In this document: positions 50,701 to 62,700 of the stretch, one piece after another
How positions within the stretch are numbered: the first letter of the stretch is position 1
How the letters are laid out: every line of letters starts with the position of its first letter
Source of the DNA: Selaginella moellendorffii
Lineage: Eukaryota > Plantae > Lycopodiophyta
Assembly (NCBI RefSeq): GCF_000143415.4
Contig: NW_003314272.1
Location: forward strand, 291,173 to 355,172
Length of the DNA: 64,000 nt
Direction: 5' to 3'
Translations under genes and position numbers: made by a program
Notes under the pieces: model-generated
What the model saw: the letters and a program-made list of their open reading frames with translations, nothing else
Database searches by the model: none
Told to the model about the DNA's origin: nothing

Positions 50701-53700
50701 GGCCAAGGGTTCATAGCAACTGAGATTAGATGTCCCCATCTCACTCACCACGACCTTGGTGCCACTTGCACCAAAGCGTTCAAGTTAGATATGCCGAGCT
50801 TTCACACTAAGCAATCTAACCGTGCATCACAACTCCGAGGCATCCCTCGCTTGGTGGTGTGCCCAAACCAGTCTCCTCATTGAGAGTCCATGACCACCGA
50901 AATATGAGTGTCCTCATATTCCAAACCATCACCACGCCCTAATGATTTGGGACTCGAACCCAAGCACTAGAGGGTCGGGACTCGAACCCAACCTCCGTAT
51001 ATGCATTTACGGACGGCATCACACAAGATGCCTGGCGTGACTCCCCACGCCGGTGCACCAACTTATTTTGAAAGTGCGCTACAGATCACAGCTGAGGAAC
51101 CTAGTTCCTCCACACTACCAAGTCCTCTCACTTGACATGTCTGTGATCATGCATGGATTCCTCCATGCTCGGCCCCATGGCCCACCCTTTTTGAAGTTAT
51201 CACCTTCATCTAGGGTATTTGTTCCCCCGACGTGCCAATCTCGCTTGGCAAGTCCTCCGACCACTGTAACATGGTTCCTGCATAAGCGTGAAAGTCCTTG
51301 ACCATCGACTTTCGTTCAAAGCCCTCTCTTTGAACACTTGGGAACTACTTCCCTAACCTTGACAGCTGTGCCTCATGGCAAGCTTCAAGACCACGCTTCT
51401 GCTGTGTCACTCTGATTTCGCGCGTTCTATGAACCATTTACACTTGGCCTTTCTAGGTACTAAGCTACCTAGAATCGTCTTCGGGAACCTTGAAGGGACT
51501 CTGTCCCTTAGCTTGCTAAGCCCTCCCTTTTTGCAAGCTTTCCAATTGCCACATAGTCTAACATGGACAATTCCATATTTTAGACTCTCCATGGCATCAC
51601 AGTTGCTAGCGGCAACACCCTCGAGCCCCCACTTGATTCTCCACTCCCAGCTGGCATAACCAACCTCGGTTATGCCCTTCGATTCCTATGGTTCGGTTCT
51701 ACCCCCTTACTTCTTGCTTTTGGCTTCACACCTTTCCTTCGGTCATTCTCCTCCAGACCAGGAGGATAGCTTTGCACTTTCTATCATGCCTTAGCAAGTA
51801 TTCTTAGGGATGAACCTACCCGATAGCCTAGGGAGTGGTTCCTCAATCCGGGTATGCTCACCTTATAATCCCACACACTGGGATTACATTGTTACTTATG
51901 GGCCTTTACATGCCCATCACTAGCCTTGCCAAAATTCCCTTTTTGGCTTTGTCCAACTCGGGTAGACAGTCCTCTCCTGTCTCCGCAACCTTGGACATTT
52001 GGATAGCACCTTCTATCCATCATTCGCTAGGGACTTAGTCCCTTGGGCTTTATCCATTGCCCTCGCGACATCAAACACCATCTTCTGGTGTTCTAAAGTG
52101 TCCGGGTGTCCCAATGATGGCTTTCTTGACAATGAGTATTTCCTTTTATGACATTGACTTACTATATCACAACACAAGCAACTTATCCCCCTTAAGGGTA
52201 TATCCAACTTCCTTATGCTATTAAGAAGTCTTGGGTAGCTACCTTCTACCCGTTTAACCAGTTATTTTGCACCTCTTGCTTAGTTGCCTCATAGTTGTCA
52301 AGTCCTACAACTCATTGCTTGGTGCTTTCACACCTCCATCATTATCTGGGTCACCACACTCCAACTGCATGCTCTGCAGCTTAGGCTATGCCATTCCCAT
52401 TTCCATTGGGATTCCTTTGGCAAGGGGTTCTCATGAACCCACCAACATAGCCTCAAGGTATCACACCTTGGCACATTTGGTGTCTCCACACCATCGGCTC
52501 CACGAGCCTACCTCTATGACATTTCCCTTTCGTGTCTAAGTCTTTGCCAAGACCAACACTGCTCTTTCTCATGCCAACCATCCGTTAGCACTGCCCCATA
52601 GAGGTCACACACAACTTTATATCAAAGTTGTTTTCTTCTGGGAACACCTCTCCCATAACTTTAGCATGGCACATTTTGCCATCGATGAGATACCCTCTAT
52701 TCTCATCCTTGGATCCTATGATCCCCCCCCATCCTTGGTGGGGCACAACACACCTCAGTCCAAATGCTTCCATCAGTCCTTCTAGGACCATCCCTTGACT
52801 CTACTTGAGTCATCATGCAGTTTTGGACTTGGTTAATCCACAGACCCGTAAGGTCTTACTTGTGAGGCACTAGCTCACTGGAATACACTTCTTGCATTCC
52901 TGTCCTACTCAAAAGGACTATTTTCCCAAGTGTTACTTCGACACTTGATTTTGTTCTCTGGGGGCAACTTTTGCCCCTTAGCACTACTTGTCCATGCGAT
53001 GAGAATACCACTCATCTCTAAGTACACCCCCCAACTCCTTGGGTTGTTCCAGCATTTAGTAAAGGTAGCCCCGGCTACCATTTCAAGGACTTAAGTCCTC
53101 TTCCGTATTTGACCTTCCACGGTCATTACCTTTGGTCTCACATTCATGAGCACCAACCTCAACTATATGAGGAAAACCTTCCACTGTTCCCAAGATCCCA
53201 AAGTCGTTCCATTATTGGCCCTTTTCTATCCACCACCTCCTCTACAAGTTCACACATGAACTGTAATGGAGAGCCATGTCTTCCCGACTTGCTACTCCTC
53301 AAGGATAGGCCCACTCCTCGGACCTTCCGATGCCAACATTAGTGGTGATATACTTGAGCACCAATAAAAGTCGGACTAAGGAACAGCTCTGATACCAAGT
53401 TGTAAGCGACTAAATTTTCCATTCTACTTTAGTCACTTAACCACACCTTCGACCCCTTGGAGGAGTCTTATTCACAACCTCCATCAGTCCAATTCAGGAC
53501 TTGGGACTTGCTAGCCCCAAGAATGGCATCCCTGCCACTCAACACTTGCACCTGGTCCAAGTGCTCCACGTGTCCGGTCCCAAGACCGACACCCAAAGGT
53601 ACCACTGACATCTCGGCCCGTTACGCTAAGGCCAGGCCCATTCACCTTTGCTGCACTAGTGGTCCAACACCACTTGCATCACCACCTCGTCTCTCCAAGA

Positions 53701-56700
53701 CTGGGCCATGTGTCCACGAGTGGTCATCCTAGATCCACTCCTTAGCATCCTTAGGATGCCCACAGACCTGGGGAATCGCCTTCCCTAAAGTCCCTTTGTC
53801 AGTTCCTACCAAGTCCCTTTCTGCCCCTGGCCGTGTTTGCCAACACTGCCACTAGATCGAGGCCCACAGGCCCGACCACTAAGTCCCATGGTCCTCTGGG
53901 ACTTCCTCACCACACGACTGTGCCCTTGGTCACTACCCCAGAGGGCTGCTCCTCTTCCTTTCCACAGTCTGGGCCTTTGGGACGACATTTCGGAACACCG
54001 TGGCCTTACGCGAGCCACCTGGGTACTCTCCCCACCTTTCGCCTTTAGGTGCTCTAGCCATGGGCTTAGAGCGAGGTTCCGTTGAGCCACACCTGGTATC
54101 CAAGTAGGTAGTGCCACCCACACTTGGACTGGGAGAATCGGCCAGTCGATCTCCCGGGGGGACTAGAGCCGGCTCTTGAACACTTCACCAAGCTACCCCG
54201 CTTGTCGGTCCATGTTCACTCTAGTCTTGGACTTCCCAATGGTCAGCTCAGCACCCAACACTGGGTCCGGCCTTCCTGGGCCAAACTGGCCTTTCCTGGC
54301 CAAACTGGCTCCACTGCAGTCCTCCCCCTTACTATACTTTTGGAGCTCACCAAACCCCCCAGGGTCTGGGAGACGAACGCTTTGGGCTTTCACCCTCTCA
54401 GGCTCCGGACTCGGACTCAGACTCGGACTCGGACTCGGACTCGGATTCGGACTCGGACTCGGGCTCGGGCTCGGTCTCGGCCTCGGCCTCGGTCTCGGTC
54501 TCGGTCCCGATCTCGGTCTCGGTCTCGGTCTCGGTCCCGGTCTCGGTCCCGGTCTCGGTCTCGACTTTGGACTCCATCTCGGACTCCATCTCGGGTCCAT
54601 CTCGGGTCCATCTCGGACTCCATCTCGGACTCCATCTCGGACTCCATCTCGGACTCCATCTCGGACTCCATCTCGGACTCCATCTCGGGTCCATCTCGGG
54701 TCCATCTCGGACTCCATCTCGGACTCCATCTCGGGTCCATCTCGGACTCCATCTCGGACTCCATTTCGGGTCCATCTCGGGTCCACCTCGGACTCCATCT
54801 CGGACTCCATCTCGGACTCCATCTCGGGTCCATCTCGGACTCCACCTCGGACTCCATCTCGGGTCCACCTCGGACTCCACTTCGGACTCCATCTCGGGTC
54901 CATCTCGGGTCCACCTCGGACTCCACTTCGGACTCCATCTCGGACTCCACCTCGGACTCCATCTCGGGTCCACCTCGGACTCCACTTCGGACTCCATCTC
55001 GGGTCCATCTCGGGTCCACCTCGGACTCCACTTCGGACTCCATCTCGGACTCCATCTCGGGTCCATCTCGGGTCCACCTCGGACTCCACTTCGGACTCCA
55101 TCTCGGACTCCATCTCGGGTCCATCTCAGACTCCACTTCGGACTCCAACTCGGGTCCATCTCGGACTCCACTTCGGACTCCAACTCGAGTCCATCTCGGA
55201 CACTCCCACGTGTCATGTGTTGGTCCTTTTGGGTCCCTTTTTGGAGCCTTGCTTTTTGCTCGCTTCGTGCTTGTTCCTCGAGCCCTTCTTTGGGAGTTCC
55301 ACTCCCGCTCTTGACTTTTCAAGTCGGAGCTTTTGGTCCAAACGTGTTACGCTCGTTTGGCTCTCGCTTCAGCCACTACCACGTGGCACCCTTTCCGGCT
55401 CCACTTTGGGGCCTAGGGATTTTGTGTCTCACAACTCCACCACCCATAGACGAAGTTCGATGTCCTCATCGAACGGTAAACCCTTTCATAAAGTAACACC
55501 CACACGTGTTACCATTTCCATCCTTGGCACCTAGCCAATCTTTGTCTATGGTTTGACATCAAAGGCTCACCATGCCTTGTCCATCCTTTAAGGGGCGTAG
55601 TCTCTCCAACTTAGAGACTGATTGGACCACATGTAATGGTTCTCCCCTTTTATTGGTTTAGTTCTCGCTAAACCTCTTAGAGACCCTTCTCTAAGTCAAT
55701 CCCACTACTCTTTCTCGAGTAGTCTCAATTTCCATCGATATAACCTTTGCACTTTGGAACTTTGAATTTTTGACTTCTTGGAGTCAATTTCCTAGGTGTC
55801 TCCGACACCTTGCCTTGCACCTTTTGTGCAACTCCACTTCCCATCCTAGGAAGTTCTCTACTCGAGGGCACCATCATCCTCTCTTCTATTTCGTGCCAAA
55901 GTTCCAGTTATCATACTTTGTGCTAGGGCTGTTCATGGCCCTATCATTTGGCTACCTTACCGCTCCCTCCCTTGGAGCTTCCACTTTCGCCAACTTGGAG
56001 CATTTCGGAATCCCTCCTTGGAAACACACTTCCTTTCCCGCAACTTGTTAGCGTCCAACACATTAGTGTTCCTCGCCTAACTTTGTCACTTGGATTCCTT
56101 CCAAGGGATTCCACGGCCCTATCTTGGCCACTCATCTTTTGCTCCTATCCGTTGATTGTTGCACCAAGCAACATCGAATCTCTACCTCCCTCCTTGAGGT
56201 ATTGTTTCGGTTCCATAGCAAAGACTCTTCTTTGCCAAGTCTGGAGGATGTTCACCCCTAGTACGTCTCTTTAGCATCTTCTGCTATGGGCTCTATCCAC
56301 GGCCCAACTTCGTGACCCTCCCATGGGTCTTTTATAGAGACTACTTTCCTCGGACTCACTATGCCATCGCACGGACATAGTTTATTTCCCTTTGGTGCTC
56401 TTCCCACTTGGTTATCACGACCAAGCCACACCACCTTAAACAGTTCAATTTCAACATTTTGAACCAAGAACTTCATTCCTTAGCCAACCAAGGACCTTGT
56501 CCTTATCTGGGCATAAGATCACCTAGTGATCTCACTTTGGCACTTTAACAGAGTTGCCAAGAGGTACTTGGTCTTCTAGACCTCCAAGTTGTTGACTATA
56601 ACCCCGGGGGCATCCCCCACACTTGGCGGTGCACCCAAGCTAGCCCTTACGGCCAAGGGTTCATAGCAACTGAGATTAGGTGTCCCCATCTCACTCACCA

Positions 56701-59700
56701 CGACCTTGGTGCCACTTGCACCAAAGCGTTCAAGTTAGATATGCCGAGCTTTCACACTAAGCAATCTAACCGTGCATCACGACTCCGAGGCATCCCTCGC
56801 TTGGCGGTGTGCCCAAACCAGTCTCCCCACTGAGAGTCCATGACCACCGAAATATGAGTGTCCTCATATTCCAAACCATCACCACGCCCTAGTGATTTGG
56901 GACTCGAACCCAAGCACTAGAGGGTCGGGACTCGAACCCAACCTCCGTATATGCATCTACGGACGGCATCACACTCGATGCCTGGCGTGACTCCCCACGC
57001 CGGTGCACCAACCTATTTTTAAAGCGCGCTACAGATCACAGCTTAGGAACCTAGTTCCTCCACACTGCCAAGTCCTCTCACTTGACATGTCTGTGATCAT
57101 GCATGGACTCCTCCATGCTCGGCCCCATGGCCCACCCTTTTTGAAGTTATCACCTTCAACTAGGGTCTTTGTTCCCCCGACGTGCCAATCTCACTTGGCA
57201 AGTCCTCCGACCATTGTAACATAGTTCCTGCATAAGCGTGAAAGTCCTTGACCATCAACTTTCGTTCAAAGCCCTCTCTTTGAACACTCGGGAACTACTT
57301 CCCTAACCTTGATAACCTTGCCTCATGGCAAGCTTCAAGACCACGCTTCTGCTGCGCCACTCTGATTTCGCGCGTTCCATGAACCATTTACACTTGGCCT
57401 TTCTAGGTACTACGCTACCTAGAATCGTCTTTGGGAACCTTGAAGGAACTCTGTCCCTCAGCTTGCTAAGGCCTCCCCTTTCGCAAGCTTTATAGTTGCC
57501 ATATAGTCTAACATGGACAATTCCATATTTTAGACTCTCCATGGCATCACGGTTGCTAGCAACAACATCCTCGAGCACCCTCTTGATTCTCCACTCCCAA
57601 CTTTCATAACCACTATTGGATATGCCCTTTGATTTCTATGGTTCAATTCCATCCCAATACTACTTGCTTTTGGCTTCACACCTTTCCTTCGGTCATTCTC
57701 CTCCAGACCAGGAGGATAGCTTTGCACTTTCTGTCATGCTTTAGCAAGTATTCTTAGGGATGAACCTACCCAATAGCCCAGGGAGTGGTTCCTCAATCTA
57801 GGTATGCTCACCTTATAATCCCACACACTGGGATTACATTGTTGCTTATGGGCCTTTACATGCCCATCACTAGCCTTGCCAAAATTCCATTTTTGGCTTT
57901 GTCCAATTCGGGTAGACAGTCCTCTCCTGTCTCCGCAACCTTGGACATTTGGATAGCACCTTCTATCCATCATTCGCTAGGGACTTAGTCCCTTGGGCTT
58001 TATCCATTGCCCTCGCGACATCAAACACCACCTTCTGGTGTTCTAGAGTGTCCGGGTGTCCCAATGATGGCTTTCTTGACAATGAGTATTTCCTTTTATG
58101 ACATTGACTTACTATATCGCAACACAAGCAACTTATCCCCCGTAAGGGTATATCCAACTTCCTTATGCTATTAAGAAGTCTTGGGTAGCTACCTTCTACC
58201 CGTTTAACCAGTTATTTTGCACCTCTTGCTTAGTTGCCTCATAGTTGTCAAGTCCTACAACTCATTGCTTGGTGCTTTCACACCTCCATCATTATCTGGG
58301 TCACCACACTCCAACTGCATGCTCTGCAGCTTAGGCTATGCTATTCCCATTTCCATTGGGATTCCTTTGGCAAGGGGTTCTCATGAACCCACCAACATAG
58401 CCTCAAGGTATCACACCTTAGCACATTTGGTGTCTTCACACCATCAGCTCCACGAGCCTACCTCTATGACATTTCCCCTTCGTGTCTAAGTCTTTGCCAA
58501 GACCAACACCGCTCTTTCTCATGCCAACCATCCGTTAGCACTGCACCATAGAGGTCACACACAACTTTATGTCAGAGTTGTTTTCTTCTGGGAACACCTT
58601 TCCCATAACTTTAGCATGGCCTATTTTGCCATTGATGAGATACCCTCTGTTCTCATCCTTGGATCCTATGATCCCCCCCCCATCCTTTGTGGGGTACAAC
58701 ACACCTCAGTCCAAATGCTTCCATCAGTCCTTTTAGGACCATCCGTTGACTCTACTTGAGTCATCCAGCAATTTTGGACTTGGTTAATCCACAGACCCGT
58801 AAGGTCCTACTTGTGAGGCACTAGCTCACTGGAATACACTTCTTGCATTCCTGTCCTACTCAAAAGGACTATTTTCACAAGTGTTACTCCAACACTTGAT
58901 TTTGTTCTCTGGGGGCAACCTTTGCCCCTTAGGACTACTTGTCCATGTGATGAGAATACCAACTCATCCACTCAATACACCCCCAACTCCTTGGGTTGTT
59001 CCAGCATTTATTAGAGGTAGCCCCGGCTACCATTTCAAGGGCTTGAGTCCTCTTCCGTATTTGACTTTCCACGGTCATTACCTTTGGTCTCACATTCATG
59101 AGCACCAACCTCAACTATATGAGGATAATCTTGTGACTCCTTTATTGTTTTGGAGTCTCTATCTTTCCCGTGATCCCAACTTTAGTTGTTTACCACAACA
59201 ACCTTAGCCAATTTGCTGAGACAAATGCTCATCCGGATCACATCCTCAACTCAATGAGGAAAACATTGCACTGTTCCCAAGATCCCAAAGTCGTTCCATT
59301 ATTGGCCCTTTTCTATCCACCACCTTGTCTACAAGTTCACACATGAACTGTAATGGAGAGCTATGTCTTCCCGACTTGCTACTCCTCAAGGATAGGCCCA
59401 CTCCTCGGACCTTCCGATGCCAACACTAGTGGTGATATACTTGAGCACCAATAAAAGTCGGACTAAGGAACAGCTCCGATACCAAATTGTAAGCGACTAA
59501 ATTTTCCATTTTACTTTAGTCACTTAGCCATACCTCCGACCACTTGGAGGAGTCTCATTCACAACCTCCATCAGTCCAATTCAGGACTTGGGACTTGCTA
59601 GCCCCAAGAATGGCATCCACGCCACTCAACACTTGCACCTGGTCCAAGTGCTCCACGTGTCCGGTCCCAAGACCGACACCCAAAGGTACCACTGACATCT

Positions 59701-62700
59701 CGGCCCGTTACGCTAAGGCCATGCCCATTCACCTTTGCTGCACTAGTGGTCCAACCCCACTTGCATCACCACCTCATCTCTCCAAGACTGGGCCATGTGT
59801 CCACGAGTGGTCATCCTAGATCCACTCCTTAGCATCCTTAGGATGCCCACAGACCTGGGAAATTGCCTTCCCCAAAGTCTCTTTGTCAGTTCCTACCAAG
59901 TCCCTTTCTGCCCCTGGCCGTGTTTGCCAACACTGCCACTGGATCGAGGCCCACAGGCCCGACCACTAAGTCCCATGGTCCTCTGGGACTTCCTCACCAC
60001 ACGACTGTGCCCTTGGTCACTACCCCAGAGGGCTGCTCCTCTTCCTTTCCACAGTCTGGGCCTTTGGGACGACATTTCGGAACACCGTGGCCTTACGCGA
60101 GCCACCTGGGTACTCTCCCCACCTATCGCCTTTAGGTGCTCTAGCCATGGGCTTAGAGCGAGGTTCCGTTGAGCCACACCTGGTATCCAAGTAGGTAGTG
60201 CCACCCACACTTGGACTGGGAGAATCGGCCAGTCGATCTCCCGGGGGGACTAGAGCCGGCTCTTGAACACTTCACCAAGCTACCCCGCTTGTCGGTCCAT
60301 GTTCACTCTAGTCTTGGACTTCCCAATGGTCAGCTCAGCACCCAACACTGGGTCCGGCCTTCCTGGGCCAAACTGGCCTTTCCTGGCCAAACTGGCTCCA
60401 CTGCAGTCCTCCCCCTTACTATACTTTTGGAGCTCACCAAACCCCCCAGGGTCTGGGAGACGAACGCTTTGGGCTTTCACCCTCTCAGGCTCCGGACTCG
60501 GACTTGGACTCGGACTCGGACTCGGACTCGGATTCGGACTCGGACTCGGGCTCGGGCTCAGTCTCGGCCTCGGCCTCGGTCTCAGTCTCGGTCCCGATCT
60601 CGGTCTCGGTCTCGGTCTCGGTCCCGGTCTCGGTCCCGGTCTCGGTCTCGACTTCGGACTCCATCTCGGACTCCATCTCGGGTCCATCTCGGGTCCATCT
60701 CGGACTCCATCTCGGACTCCATCTCGGACTCCATCTCGGACTCCATCTCGGACTCCATCTCGGGTCCATCTCGGGTCCATCTCGGACTCCATCTCGGACT
60801 CCATCTCGGGTCCATCTCGGACTCCATCTCGGACTCCATTTCGGGTCCATCTCGGGTCCACCTCGGACTCCATCTCGGACTCCATCTCGGACTCCATCTC
60901 GGGTCCATCTCGGACTCCACCTCGGACTCCATCTCGGGTCCACCTCGGACTCCACTTCGGACTCCATCTCGGGTCCATCTCGGGTCCACCTCGGACTCCA
61001 CTTCGGACTCCATCTCGGACTCCACCTCGGACTCCATCTCGGGTCCACCTCGGACTCCACTTCGGACTCCATCTCGGGTCCATCTCGGGTCCACCTCGGA
61101 CTCCACTTCGGACTCCATCTCGGACTCCATCTCGGGTCCATCTCGGGTCCACCTCGGACTCCACTTCGGACTCCATCTCGGACTCCATCTCGGGTCCATC
61201 TCGGACTCCACTTCGGACTCCAACTCGGGTCCATCTCGGACTCCACTTCGGACTCCAACTCGAGTCCATCTCGGACACTCCCACGTGTCATGTGTTGGTC
61301 CTTTTGGGTCCCTTTTTGGAGCCTCGCTTTTTGCTCGCTTCGTGCTTGTTCCTCGAGCCCTTCTTTGGGAGTTCCACTCCCGCTCTTGACTTTTCAAGTC
61401 GGAGCTTTTGGTCCAAACGTGTTACGCTCGTTTGGCTCTCGCTTCAGCCACTACCACGTGGCACCCTTTCCGGCTCCACTTTGGGGCCTAGGGATTTTGT
61501 GTCTCACACAACACTGCCACTGGATCGAGGCCCACAGGCCCGACCACTAAGTCCCACGGTCCTCTGGGACTTCCTCACCACACGACTGTGTCCTTGGTCA
61601 CTACCCCAGAGGACTACTCCTCCTCCTTTCCACAGTCTGGGCCTTTGGGACGACATTTCGGAACAACGTGGCCTTACGCGAGCCACCTAGGTACTCTCCC
61701 CACCTATCGCCTTTAGGTGATCTAGCCATGGGCTTAGAGCGAGGTTCCGTTGAGCCACGCCTGGTATCCAAGTAGGTAGTGCCACCCACACTTGGACTGG
61801 GAGCATCGGCCAGTCGATCTCCCGGGGGAACTAGAGCCGGCTCTTGAACACTTCACCAAGCTACCCCGCTTGTCAGTCCGTATTCACTCTAGTCTTGGAC
61901 TTCCCAGTGGTCAGTTCATCACCCAACACTGGGTCTGGCCTTCTTGGGCCAAACTGGCCTTTCCTGGCCAAACTGGCCTTTCCTGGCCAAACTGGCTCCA
62001 CTGCAGTCCTCCCCCTACTATACTTTTGGAGCTCACCAAACCCCCCAGGGTCTGGGAGACGAACGCTTTGGGCTTTCACCCTCTCAGGCTCCGGACTCGG
62101 ACTCGGACTCGGACTCGGACTCGGATTCGGACTCGGACTCGGGCTCGGGCTCGGTCTCGGCCTCGGCCTCGGCCTCGGTCTCGGTCCCGATCTCGGTCTC
62201 GGTCTCGGTCTCGGTCCCGGTCTCGGTCCCGGTCTCGGTCTCAACTTCGGACTCCATCTCGGACTCCATCTCGGACTCCATCTCGGGTCCATCTCGGACT
62301 CCATCTCGGACTCCATCTCGGGTCCATGTCGGACTCCAGCTCGGACTCCATTTCGGGTCCATCTTGGGTCCACCTCGGACTCCATCTCGGACTCCATCTC
62401 GGACTCCATCTCGGGTCCATCTCGGACTCCACTTCGGACTCCAACTCGGGTCCATCTCGGGTCCACCTTGGACTCCACTTCGGACTCCAACTCGGGTCGA
62501 TCTCGGGTCCACCTCGGACTCCACTTCGGACTCCATGTCGAACTCCATCTCGGGTCCATCTCGGACACTCCCACGTGTCATGTGTTGGTCCTTTTGGGTC
62601 TCTTTTCGGAGCCTCACCTTTTGCTCGCTTCGTGCTCGTTCCTCGAGCACTTCGTTGGGAGTTCCACTCCCGCTCTTGACTTTTCAAGTCGGAGCTTTTG

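Noticed and set aside
54560-55200. LTR arrays as a CRISPR-like array
   Set aside because: No unique spacers, only 11-12 bp tandem units, in a plant LTR context.
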